A stretch of DNA of 64,000 nucleotides from NCBI GenBank assembly GCA_900320285.1, contig ONRQ01000021.1:2705-66704 (forward strand). Direction: 5' to 3'. Within the stretch, counting starts at the first letter, position 1; each line of letters starts with the position of its first letter. A program made the position numbers and the translations under genes. The DNA comes from an uncultured Eubacteriales bacterium (GTDB lineage: Bacteria > Bacillota > Clostridia > Peptostreptococcales > Anaerovoracaceae). Of this stretch, positions 6,337-15,078 are shown piece by piece. A model generated the notes under the pieces. It saw only the letters and a list, made by a program, of their open reading frames with translations, was not told the DNA's origin and searched no databases.

Positions 6337-9300
6337 TTACTCACGTTCATCATGTAATGCAGCAAGGAAAGCCTTTATCTCTTCAGTCTCAGCCAATTCA
6401 CGATAGAAGTCCTCAGTAAATGGCTCATCCTCATATTTAAACTGCACTATCACAAAATCCCCGGTCTGCTCTGCTTCGAACGATATCTCCCCGGTTTCTG
6501 TATCATACTGCGCATTGTATGCTGTCAATGTGTCGTTTTCATCAGCGAATACGGCATACAGGTTATTGCCTGCAATACCTGCCGTATCTCCCCATGATTC
6601 AGGGACTGTGAATGGGAATGATGCTCTTATCGGGTTCCCGCTAAGATCCGTGTCAGGTGTTCCCGCATATGTTACATCCAGGTGCCAGATCTGTGGTGTC
6701 TCCGGATTTGCCTCATGCGGAGCTTCAGTACCTGTTTCAAGGAGAGATACTGTAACAACAAGCCCTGCGGCCTTTCCTGCAGAAACATTTACGGCGCTTG
6801 TTCTGGCTGCTTTGTTGTTGTTATTGTTGTTGTTGTTATTGTTATTGTTATTATTGTTGTTATTGTTATTGTTATTATTGCTGTTATTGTTATTGTTATT
6901 GTTATTGTTATTGTTGTTGTTGTTATTATTATTATTATTGTTATTGTTATTATTATCTGGCTTTGGTGAAGGATCCGGATCCGGCTCCGGCTCTGTGTAT
7001 GAAGTACCTTTAAAAATAACTTTTCCTGTTCCGGCCTTCACAGAACCTGATCCAGGGCCACCGATAACACCGCTGCCTGTCAGGGAAGCACTGGTGTGTG
7101 TTGCTGCTGAACCACCTTGCCCGCCTTGTCCTGTACAATCAAGGATTCGAATCATAATGGCATTATCAATGGAAAAATACTGAGGGTCATCAAAGTAGTA
7201 GATCTGGCGTTGCAGCTGAGAGTCTATTATTTCAACTGCGCTCATCGTACCAAATGCATTTTGCCCTTCCAGATTGTAAGCCTCCATTAGTGAAGCGCAG
7301 GTGTAGGTCTGGCTCGAGTCTCTTTTGAGCGAAGCCAGATCATCCTGTCCTGTTACAATCCATTTCCGGGCATAGACATCCATACTCTTGTTATAGACCA
7401 AAGCATCCAGAACAAAGAGCTTAGATACAGAAATTTCATTGTTTTTCAATCTGGCAGCAGCTGCTGCATTGGTCATATTGAGAGGGAAGTCCATGGAACC
7501 AATATTGATGGAATCGGTATCGGTCACATTGATAAAAACCCGGGAAGCAAAGCTAACCGAGCTATCTGAGCTATCCTGAACAGGGACTGCCGGCAGATTA
7601 TCTGTATTGCTTCCGGTGTATTCAACAAATCCACCGAGTACATTGACTGCACCTCCGGTGATGCTTCCGTATATCATGAGACTACCGTCTTCTACATATC
7701 TGGAGCGTCTAATCTGATCATCAATATATGGATGATCATTACATACAATATCCAGGGTGCTGCCTGGGTCGAGTGTAATATTGCCGATCTTATTCATGAC
7801 ACTATATGATAAAGTGTCGGAAGTGCTGAGGCCGACCCATGATTTTCCGGAAGCAGTCAGATCCGGTATGTCAATCAGGGATCCTTTCAGGTATATGGCA
7901 CTGTCTTGCAGCTTAGGCGGGATAATGCTCCTGTTATCACCATGTACTGACAAACCGCTTCTTTCCATGAGAAGATCTTTTGATAATGTGCCTCCGGAAC
8001 CCAGGTCGACATCAGCGGACAAGACAGTCCCGTTTCCTGTTACAGAGCCATTATCTTTTATGTTTATAAATCCACCTTCCAGAACTCCTAATACATTCAG
8101 GGCTCCCTCTACGATCAGTTCAGCTTCAATATGTGAAAAGCCGGTCCGTATCTTTTTAAGCTTAACAGAAGCACCTTCATCGATTGTAAGGGTGCTGTTC
8201 TCTCCGAGGATAACGCTGCCTACATATTCTTCTATTTCAACAATACCGAGGTCATGGATCGCATCTTCACAATCAACAGGAAGATCCGTAGTATACAAAG
8301 TGACATCTGTTACAGGTCCGTCCGTACCTTCACCGTCCCAGAGCTCTTTACGCGCAGCAAGAACGCCAACTGTTAATGACGTTCCTTTCGGAAGTACCAG
8401 ATCCACATTATCCAGAGTATATTTATCATCCAATATGCCGGTTATATCACCGTTTATTAGCTTATAGCTGCCGTCATCCTGTTTTACGAATACGGCAGCG
8501 CTGCCTTCGCTGTAGACAGCACTAGCACTGTTAGGGTGCAAAGTAATGGTATTGCCGGTCCCGATTTCTATGCGGTCTATCAGAACGATCCCGGTGCCAG
8601 CGATCCTGTAAGAACAGTTTCCTTTAAGTGCACCGATCCTGTTGACCCCGGAAACAGCCAGTGTCACAATACCTTCTTCTGCAGATATCTCTGCCTTTCT
8701 GCCATCATAGTCCACCATGGCTACATACTGACCGGCTATGTTTTTCCAGCCTTTGCCGTCAGACCAATGGGATGATTCATCTCCACCGGAGCTGAAAGTA
8801 GTGTCTCCAATTCTGATAGACTCCGGGGAGGAGTTTCCTGCGGCACTTTTCAGACCTGTATCAGAAGCAGGCACGGAAACAGAAGGGCCCGCTTCCGCCG
8901 GTGCAGGATCTTCGTTGGCCTGCTGTTCGGTTTTTTCTATAGCCTTTGCAGCATCTGCTTCGACTGTCTCCGCCTCTTCATCTGTTTCGGCCGTCTCCGG
9001 TTTCCCGCCGGTTTCTTCTGCCTGTGCAGGAGAGGCTTCCTGTGTTTCTCCACATGAAGCTTCAGGGGATTCTGCGGATGCAGTATCCGGAGCATTCGTT
9101 TCTATGCTGTCAGAAGAAGGTTCAGGCTGTACCTGAGGAGTCTCTGCAGTTGTAGATTCAGTTGCAGCTGTGACCTCGGAATTCTGTTCTTCTCCGTTTT
9201 CTTCTGCGGCAAAAACTGAAAAAGCCGGCGTAAATACCATGGTCAGAACCAGACCATAACAAAGAAGCCGGTGCATTTTTTTCTCACAGCTTTTTTTCAT
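6337..9300 (-). CDS. Large secreted protein of unknown function (acidic N-terminal region, central repeat-like region, PEPDPDP linker, poly-Asn tract, C-terminal domain)
   Basis: 987-aa ORF with SD GGAGAA 7 nt before the ATG. Signal peptide is LLCYGLVLTMVFTPAFSVFA/AEE. I saw no LPXTG, lipobox or S-layer-homology motif. Confidence 0.8.
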   Translation of the reverse strand: MKKSCEKKMHRLLCYGLVLTMVFTPAFSVFAAEENGEEQNSEVTAATESTTAETPQVQPEPSSDSIETNAPDTASAESPEASCGETQEASPAQAEETGGKPETAETDEEAETVEADAAKAIEKTEQQANEDPAPAEAGPSVSVPASDTGLKSAAGNSSPESIRIGDTTFSSGGDESSHWSDGKGWKNIAGQYVAMVDYDGRKAEISAEEGIVTLAVSGVNRIGALKGNCSYRIAGTGIVLIDRIEIGTGNTITLHPNSASAVYSEGSAAVFVKQDDGSYKLINGDITGILDDKYTLDNVDLVLPKGTSLTVGVLAARKELWDGEGTDGPVTDVTLYTTDLPVDCEDAIHDLGIVEIEEYVGSVILGENSTLTIDEGASVKLKKIRTGFSHIEAELIVEGALNVLGVLEGGFINIKDNGSVTGNGTVLSADVDLGSGGTLSKDLLMERSGLSVHGDNRSIIPPKLQDSAIYLKGSLIDIPDLTASGKSWVGLSTSDTLSYSVMNKIGNITLDPGSTLDIVCNDHPYIDDQIRRSRYVEDGSLMIYGSITGGAVNVLGGFVEYTGSNTDNLPAVPVQDSSDSSVSFASRVFINVTDTDSINIGSMDFPLNMTNAAAAARLKNNEISVSKLFVLDALVYNKSMDVYARKWIVTGQDDLASLKRDSSQTYTCASLMEAYNLEGQNAFGTMSAVEIIDSQLQRQIYYFDDPQYFSIDNAIMIRILDCTGQGGQGGSAATHTSASLTGSGVIGGPGSGSVKAGTGKVIFKGTSYTEPEPDPDPSPKPDNNNNNNNNNNNNNNNNNNNNNNNNSNNNNNNNNNNNNNNNNNNNNNNKAARTSAVNVSAGKAAGLVVTVSLLETGTEAPHEANPETPQIWHLDVTYAGTPDTDLSGNPIRASFPFTVPESWGDTAGIAGNNLYAVFADENDTLTAYNAQYDTETGEISFEAEQTGDFVIVQFKYEDEPFTEDFYRELAETEEIKAFLAALHDERE
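6814..6954 (-). repeat. Imperfect (AAY)47 trinucleotide tract encoding N24-S-N22
   Basis: 141 nt of mixed GTT/ATT triplets on the + strand with a single GCT (Ser) at 6880-6882. Confidence 0.95.
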
Positions 9301-9504
9301 AGTTTTTCTCCATTTCCTGTTCCAAATAGGAATGAATCTTATGATGCGTATATTGTATCAAATATAATACACCGTGGCTATGCTAATTATTGGCGAAAAC
9401 TTGCTTTTTACGCGTTTTTTGAAGAAATGAAAGCCCGACTTGAAGGTGAGTTATTGGCTGAATGGTGTTATACTATTGTAAACAAAAAAACGGAGGATAA
9501 CAGA

Positions 9505-10665
9505 ATGAGTAATGTACCAAGAAATATCAGCAGACCGGTCGCCGCGAGCCCTGCTGCGTCGGCATCATCTGTCTCATCATTTTTTATTGGGATCCTGGCT
9601 ATAGCGGGAATAGTTGCTTCAGTAATATCAAAGATGTGGTATCTCGCAATCGCTGTCCTGATTTTGTGGGCAATAGTGGCAAATATCCGGATCGTGCCGC
9701 AGGAACATGCCTATATTATTGAAAGACTCGGAAAATTCAAATCCGTATGGTATGCAGGACTCCATGTAAAGATACCTGTAATAGATAATATCGTAAACAG
9801 GATATCCCTGAAGGAGCAGGTCTTTGACTTTCCGCCTCAGCCTGTGATCACAAAGGACAACGTATCTGTAAAAGTTGATTCTGTAGTTTTCTCGAAAGTC
9901 TTTGATCCTCAGAAATACACCTATGGTGTGGAAAATCCGATCGCAGGACTTCAGAACCTGTCGGCAACTACACTCAGGAGCATCATCGGCGGAATGGAAC
10001 TTGATACAACACTTTCATCAAGAGAAAACATTAACAGCCAGATGGAGGCAATACTCGATGAGGCTACAGATCCATGGGGAATCAAAGTAAACAGAGTTGA
10101 GCTCAAAAACATCGATCCGCCTCCGGCAATAGAAGAAGTAATGACAAAGCAGATGAGGGCTGAAAGAGAGAGACGTCAGACTGTTCTCGAAGCTCAGGCT
10201 CATCAGGAATCCGTAGTATCAAGGGCAGAAGGTGATAAGAGGGCCAAAGTCCTCGCAGCTGAAGCTGAAAAAGAAGCCAAGATCGCACTTGCTCAGGGTG
10301 AAGCTGAATCCATCAGGCTGGTCTATGAAGCTCAGGCACAGGGACTTGAAAAACTTAGAGAAGCTCATATCGATGAAAGTGTCCTCAGACTGAAGGGCCT
10401 TGAAGCGCTGAGAGATGTCGCTGACGGAAGAGCCACAAAGATTTACATGCCTACAGATATAAGCAAGGTGGTATCAACGCTGGGAGTTGTTTCGGAGTCC
10501 CTCGGAATAGGCGATTCCACACCTGTTGACAAGTCGGCGAAACCTGTGAAGAAGCAGGAAACCGATCCGTGCTTAAACGAAGAAACAAGTAAAGAAGGAC
10601 GCAGAGCGGCCGATACAAGTGATTCTATAAGAGTTGATGTCGAGACCCGCAGAAGCGTCATATAG
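9505..10665 (+). CDS. SPFH/Band-7 (stomatin/prohibitin-like) membrane protein
   Basis: N-terminal TM segment, then IVPQEHAYIIERLGKF..., an SPFH core and a coiled-coil AEAEKEAKIA region. Start set at ATG 9505 (SD GGAGG). Confidence 0.85.
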   Translation: MSNVPRNISRPVAASPAASASSVSSFFIGILAIAGIVASVISKMWYLAIAVLILWAIVANIRIVPQEHAYIIERLGKFKSVWYAGLHVKIPVIDNIVNRISLKEQVFDFPPQPVITKDNVSVKVDSVVFSKVFDPQKYTYGVENPIAGLQNLSATTLRSIIGGMELDTTLSSRENINSQMEAILDEATDPWGIKVNRVELKNIDPPPAIEEVMTKQMRAERERRQTVLEAQAHQESVVSRAEGDKRAKVLAAEAEKEAKIALAQGEAESIRLVYEAQAQGLEKLREAHIDESVLRLKGLEALRDVADGRATKIYMPTDISKVVSTLGVVSESLGIGDSTPVDKSAKPVKKQETDPCLNEETSKEGRRAADTSDSIRVDVETRRSVI

Positions 10666-10685
10666 AATAATAAGGGAGGGACATT

Positions 10686-11315
10686 ATGAACGAAATGATC
10701 ACCAAGAGAAATGATCTGCTTTCCCAGAAAATCATCAAAGGCCTTGAGTCAAGGAACATAAAGGGCTTCTATGCTCACAGCAAGGCTGAAGCCCTGAAGA
10801 TAGCACTTGAGATCATTCCTGACGGAAGCACGGTAACGATGGGCGGAAGTGTGAGTGCAAGGGAAATCGGCCTCGTTGATGCAATGAAGCTCGGTAATTA
10901 TAAGTTTATCGACAGGGATTTGTCAGACAACAAGCGCGCAGCCGCTCTGGCAGCGTACGATGTGGATGTGTTTCTCGCCAGCTGCAATGCAATGACAGAA
11001 GACGGAGTCCTTGTAAACATTGACGGCAACGCAAACAGGGTGTCAGCTATTGCCTATGGACCAAAGAAAGTCGTCTTTATTGTAGGAATGAATAAAGTCT
11101 GCAAGGATGTTGACAGTGCAATGAAGAGGGCACGTAATGTTGCGGCACCGGTCAACGCACAGAGGTTTGGCCTCGATACACCTTGCTCAAAGACGGGATC
11201 ATGCATGGACTGCAAGTCGCCTGATACTATCTGCTGCCAGTTCCTTATAACAAGGTACTCGAGACATGATGACAGGATCTTCGTGATCCTGGTCAATGAT
11301 AATCTTGGATTTTAA
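10686..11315 (+). CDS. LUD-domain (lactate-utilisation-like, DUF162) protein
   Basis: About 209 aa with the NIDGNANRVSAI..GP.KVVFIVGMNK pattern and a C-terminal Cys cluster CSKTGSCMDCKSPDTICC. Confidence 0.75.
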   Translation: MNEMITKRNDLLSQKIIKGLESRNIKGFYAHSKAEALKIALEIIPDGSTVTMGGSVSAREIGLVDAMKLGNYKFIDRDLSDNKRAAALAAYDVDVFLASCNAMTEDGVLVNIDGNANRVSAIAYGPKKVVFIVGMNKVCKDVDSAMKRARNVAAPVNAQRFGLDTPCSKTGSCMDCKSPDTICCQFLITRYSRHDDRIFVILVNDNLGF

Positions 11316-11332
11316 TTGGAGGGTTTATTCAG

Positions 11333-12205
11333 ATGAAAATAGCTGTCACTTATGATAACGGAAATGTTTTTCAGCATTTCGGAAGAACAGAGAATTTCAA
11401 AGTTTACGAAATAGAAAACGGAAGAGTAGCCTCTGCTGAAGTGATGAACTCAAACGGAGTAGGTCACGAGGCACTGGCATGGCTGCTCAAGGATAGTGAT
11501 ATAGATGTACTTATCTGCGGCGGAATGGGTCAGGGTGCTCAGGATGCGCTTGCTGAAGCAGGCATTGAGGTCTGTGCAGGTGCAGAGGGCAATACTGATG
11601 AGGCGGTAGCTGCATATCTTGCAGGTGAACTCGTTAATACAGGGGTAAACTGCGATCACCATGACCATGAGCACGGGCATGAGCATGAACATGCCGAAGC
11701 AGGATGCAGTCCTCAGGACTGCGCAGGATGTGCGGGCTGCGGAGGCGGTCAGTCATTTGCGCCACTCTATTTCTTCGAAGGTACAAATGTAGGAAAAAAA
11801 GTCAAAGTACATTATAAGGGAACATTTGATGACGGAACTCAGTTTGATGCATCATATGACCGCGGCATGCCGCTTGAGTTTGTCTGCGGAGTCGGTGACA
11901 TGATCAGAGGGTTCGACAAAGCCGTAGCTGAGATGGCGGTCGGCGATATAATTGATGTTCATCTTGAACCTGAAGAAGCGTATGGAATGCCGAACCCTAA
12001 CATGGTCATTACAGTTCCTAAAGCATCTATTCAGGGACTCGATGGAATAGAGACCGGAGACAAGGTCATGCTTCAGGATGAGCTTGGAAGACCTTTCGAT
12101 GCGCTTGTTACGCATCAGGATGAAGAAAACATCACATTCGACTGCAATCATGAGATGGCGGGAAAGGCGCTCAATTTTACTATCGAAATGCTTGAGATTG
12201 TTTAG
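11333..12205 (+). CDS. NifX/NifB-like (dinitrogenase FeMo-cofactor-binding fold) domain fused through a His/Cys-rich linker to a SlyD-type FKBP peptidyl-prolyl isomerase
   Basis: N-terminus MKIAVTYDNGNVFQHFGRTENFKVYE; linker CDHHDHEHGHEHEHAEAGCSPQDCAGCAGCGGG; C-terminus VKVHYKGTFDDGTQFDASYDRGMPLEFVCGVGDMIRGFD...NHEMAGKALNFTIE. Confidence 0.8.
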   Translation: MKIAVTYDNGNVFQHFGRTENFKVYEIENGRVASAEVMNSNGVGHEALAWLLKDSDIDVLICGGMGQGAQDALAEAGIEVCAGAEGNTDEAVAAYLAGELVNTGVNCDHHDHEHGHEHEHAEAGCSPQDCAGCAGCGGGQSFAPLYFFEGTNVGKKVKVHYKGTFDDGTQFDASYDRGMPLEFVCGVGDMIRGFDKAVAEMAVGDIIDVHLEPEEAYGMPNPNMVITVPKASIQGLDGIETGDKVMLQDELGRPFDALVTHQDEENITFDCNHEMAGKALNFTIEMLEIV

Positions 12206-12222
12206 AGGTAAAAGAGGAAAAA

Positions 12223-13152
12223 ATGGGAAAAAAATATCTTGGAACAGACATAGGAGGCACTTTCATAAAGCTGGGTATCGTAGATGACGAGGGCAATGTC
12301 AGCATGCGTCGAGAGGTGCCTATCGACAGAAGCGGAAACGAGACTGTCATGGAGACTCTGATGCGCGGAATAGATGCTCTTATTGCCGAATCCGGCCTTG
12401 AAGCTGGTGATTTCGAAGGCATTGGTGTTTCAGCTGCAGGATGCATCGATACCACTAAAGGGTGCGTAGCAGAGAACGGCGGCAATATACCGAACTGGTC
12501 GTTTACATCCGTTGCAGGACCGCTTTCGGAAAAATACGGCATCAGGGCAACCATAGCTAATGACGGCAACTGTGTGGCTCTTGCGGAAGCCTGGATCGGA
12601 GCTGCAAAGGGAGTCAGGGATGTTATCTGCGTTGTGCTGGGTACCGGCGTCGGCGGCGGTATAGTTTCCGGCGGACGGCTTATTGAAGGTGCTCACGGAT
12701 TCGGAGGAGAGATCGGTCATTTCCCTACGCATGCCGATCTGCTTATGACCGGCGATGGCAAGTGGAGCTCACATTATGAGACTTTTGCTTCGACCGGAGC
12801 CCTGGTCAGAAGAGCATTTGCATCAGGAAAAGACTGGCCGAATGGAAAAGAGATATTCGAAGCAGCGGCATCGGGGGATGACAGCGCACTGAAGATCCTT
12901 GACGGCTGGACAGATGAGATCGCGGCCGGTATAACAGGACTGGTGCATATATTTGATCCTACGGTTGTGCTTATAGGCGGCGGCGTCTCAGCGCAGAATG
13001 ATCTCCTCATAAAGCCGGTACGAGATAAGGTGCTCAGAACTGTAACTCCTGACATGGCATCCGAACTTCAGATAAAAGCCGCTGCGCTCGGTAACAATGC
13101 CGGAATGGTCGGTGCTGTAAAATACTTTATTGACAGCACAGACCGGAGGTAA
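12223..13152 (+). CDS. ROK family sugar kinase (glucokinase-like)
   Basis: N-terminal LGTDIGGTFIKLGIVD, the central VVLGTGVGGGIV.. motif, and GHF/GE.GH. Confidence 0.85.
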   Translation: MGKKYLGTDIGGTFIKLGIVDDEGNVSMRREVPIDRSGNETVMETLMRGIDALIAESGLEAGDFEGIGVSAAGCIDTTKGCVAENGGNIPNWSFTSVAGPLSEKYGIRATIANDGNCVALAEAWIGAAKGVRDVICVVLGTGVGGGIVSGGRLIEGAHGFGGEIGHFPTHADLLMTGDGKWSSHYETFASTGALVRRAFASGKDWPNGKEIFEAAASGDDSALKILDGWTDEIAAGITGLVHIFDPTVVLIGGGVSAQNDLLIKPVRDKVLRTVTPDMASELQIKAAALGNNAGMVGAVKYFIDSTDRR

Positions 13153-13157
13153 GTTTT

Positions 13158-13889
13158 ATGAGCAAGGTAAACTGCAGCTACACAGAGGCTATAAGAGCGT
13201 TGCCCAGCATGTGCGATGAGACTTCGCGTATAAGCATACCGGGCTTTCTCGACATGTTTCAGGATATTGCCGGATACCATGCAAAAACAATAGGCATCGG
13301 TGCGCTTGAACTTGAGGAGAAAGGACTTTTCTGGATAGTCTCAAAGGTCAGGCTTAAAATTAACAGTAGGCCGATGGTGCAGGAGATGCTTGAAGAGACC
13401 ACATGGATACAGCCGGCGGAAAGAGTCGTATGTGAAAGAGACTGGGAGCTGAATAAAGACGGCGAACAGATCGCATACGTCAGAAGCATATGGGCTTTGC
13501 TGAAGAGGGAAAATTTCAGACCTGCTCTTATGGAGGGTATATACCCGGATTCAGATTACGCTCTCGCACCGCCTGACGATAGGCCTTTTACCAGAATCAG
13601 CAAAAAATTCGATGATGCTGAGCTGATAGGAGAGTATAAGATACGCTCTGTTGATATCGACAGGGGTGGACACTTTAACAACGGCAACTATGTGAGAGCC
13701 ATGCTCGGCTGCTTCACATGCGCGCAGATCGCAGAGATGAATATAACGGAACTTGATCTTCAGTATCACCTTCAGTGTTATGAGGGTGAAACTATAAAGT
13801 TCGTGAAACGTCCGTCAGAAGACTGGCTCATGGAGATAGGAGCTCTCAATGAAGAAGGTAAAGTATGCTTTACAGCAGCGATAAAATAA
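13158..13889 (+). CDS. Acyl-ACP thioesterase family protein
   Basis: Double hot-dog length (243 aa) with FLDMFQDIAGYHA...GLFWIVSKVRLKI, typical of bacterial FatA/B-like thioesterases. Confidence 0.75.
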   Translation: MSKVNCSYTEAIRALPSMCDETSRISIPGFLDMFQDIAGYHAKTIGIGALELEEKGLFWIVSKVRLKINSRPMVQEMLEETTWIQPAERVVCERDWELNKDGEQIAYVRSIWALLKRENFRPALMEGIYPDSDYALAPPDDRPFTRISKKFDDAELIGEYKIRSVDIDRGGHFNNGNYVRAMLGCFTCAQIAEMNITELDLQYHLQCYEGETIKFVKRPSEDWLMEIGALNEEGKVCFTAAIK

Positions 13890-13896
13890 TAACCAT

Positions 13897-13923
13897 AAAA
13901 GCGGGCGCGTTGCCCGCTTTTCT
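13897..13923. terminator. Intrinsic terminator (bidirectional)
   Basis: AAAAGCGGGC-gcgtt-GCCCGCTTTT between convergent genes. Confidence 0.75.
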
Positions 13924-13940
13924 CATGTCAGTTTTATTTG

Positions 13941-14498
13941 TCAGAATTCTTTCCTGAGTATGTAGCGCCTCTTTCCGCCGTACAGTTCTCTTTCATCGAC
14001 GATATCGAAGTTCAGTACCAGGAAGTTCCTGTAGCTGTAAGGGTTGTCAGGAGAGATGGTAGTCAGCGCTTCTGTAGCCCCCATCTCTGAAGCCATTCCC
14101 AGACGCAGTTTGTTGAAAATACGCTGTATACCGCGGCCTCTGTATTTAGGAGCAACCATAGTAAGATCCATGGATACTGTCTTTGCCAGCTGCTCTCTGT
14201 CGTAGTTGAAGTATTTTCCGTAGTTTTCCGGATTGTCAGGGTCGTTCGGTATCATGACAGAATATCCTGCGACCTCACCGTTGCACTCGGCCATCATGCA
14301 GATATCATGCTCAAGCTGGCCAAGGGATTCCTCTCTGGTAAAAGTCGCATACAGGTCTTTATCCGGCAGTGCCTCTACTATCTCGTTCTGGAGAGCGATC
14401 ACCTTGTCAAGATCATCTACTGTTGCTCTCCTGAAATCTATAAACATAGGCTCACCCTTGCCGTCCATAACTTCATATCTGAATGGTAAAGTCTTCAT
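13941..14498 (-). CDS. GNAT family N-acetyltransferase
   Basis: 185 aa with RGRGIQRIFNKL, which fits the acetyl-CoA-binding Q/RxxGxG/A motif. Confidence 0.8.
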   Translation of the reverse strand: MKTLPFRYEVMDGKGEPMFIDFRRATVDDLDKVIALQNEIVEALPDKDLYATFTREESLGQLEHDICMMAECNGEVAGYSVMIPNDPDNPENYGKYFNYDREQLAKTVSMDLTMVAPKYRGRGIQRIFNKLRLGMASEMGATEALTTISPDNPYSYRNFLVLNFDIVDERELYGGKRRYILRKEF

Positions 14499-14676
14499 CT
14501 TCAGTCCTCCATCCGGTGTTTTAAAGCCGCTTTCTTATGTGTGATCAGATACACTAATTTACCATGCTAAAGTGATAGCCGTCAACAAAAAAGCAGACCT
14601 ACAATTGCCCGTTTTGCCTCGCTATGCTACAATTATCAGGATGAATTAAAGGGTGATTGTTACCGGGAGGATAATT

Positions 14677-15054
14677 ATGGAAATGAAGTTTTATCAGTGC
14701 GCACATTGCGGACAGATCGTAGCTATCGTAAAGAAGACAGGCGTTCCTGTTATATGCTGCGGAGAGCCTATGAAGGAAATCGTACCTGGAACAACTGATG
14801 CCGCTGTAGAAAAGCATGTACCTGCTTTTGAGGTCAAGGGTGACGTAGTAGAGGTAAAGGTTGGATCCGTAGAGCATCCTATGATTCCTGAGCACTATAT
14901 CGAATGGATCGCGCTTAAGACAAAGCAGGGCAACCAGAGAAAAGCTCTCAAACCGGGAGAGGCTCCTGCTGCATGCTTCAAGATCTGCGACGGCGATGAA
15001 GTAGAGGCGGTATATGCATACTGCAACCTGCACTCACTCTGGAAAGCAGAATAA
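14677..15054 (+). CDS. dfx: Desulfoferrodoxin (class I superoxide reductase)
   Basis: CAHCG...CCGEPM (centre I), and EKHVP, HPMIPEHYIEWI, YCNLHSLW (centre II). Start at ATG 14677 after GGGAGG. Confidence 0.9.
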   Translation: MEMKFYQCAHCGQIVAIVKKTGVPVICCGEPMKEIVPGTTDAAVEKHVPAFEVKGDVVEVKVGSVEHPMIPEHYIEWIALKTKQGNQRKALKPGEAPAACFKICDGDEVEAVYAYCNLHSLWKAE

Positions 15055-15078
15055 TTAAACCAAGGAGATAATTCAAGA

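Noticed and set aside
6814-6954. Whether the triplet tract could be a CRISPR array or a non-coding tandem repeat.
   Set aside because: There is no repeat-spacer structure. The tract is in frame within a long ORF that has a signal peptide and SD.
6515-7183. + strand ORFs with poly-Leu, poly-Val/Ile and poly-Cys/Tyr runs (6515-7183, 6682-6969, 6798-7013).
   Set aside because: They are the alternative-frame and reverse readings of the (AAY)47 poly-Asn tract of the 987-aa minus-strand gene, not independent genes.
9505-10665. The SPFH/stomatin gene lacking an adjacent NfeD partner.
   Set aside because: Absence of a neighbour is weak evidence, since NfeD may be encoded elsewhere. Nothing in the sequence itself is unusual.
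14549-14566. GTGT-N8-ACAC near the dfx promoter, considered as a possible Rex/CRP/PerR-type site.
   Set aside because: Only 4 bp per arm pair up, and there is no match to the TTGTGA-N6-TCACAA or PerR-box consensus. It is too weak to call.
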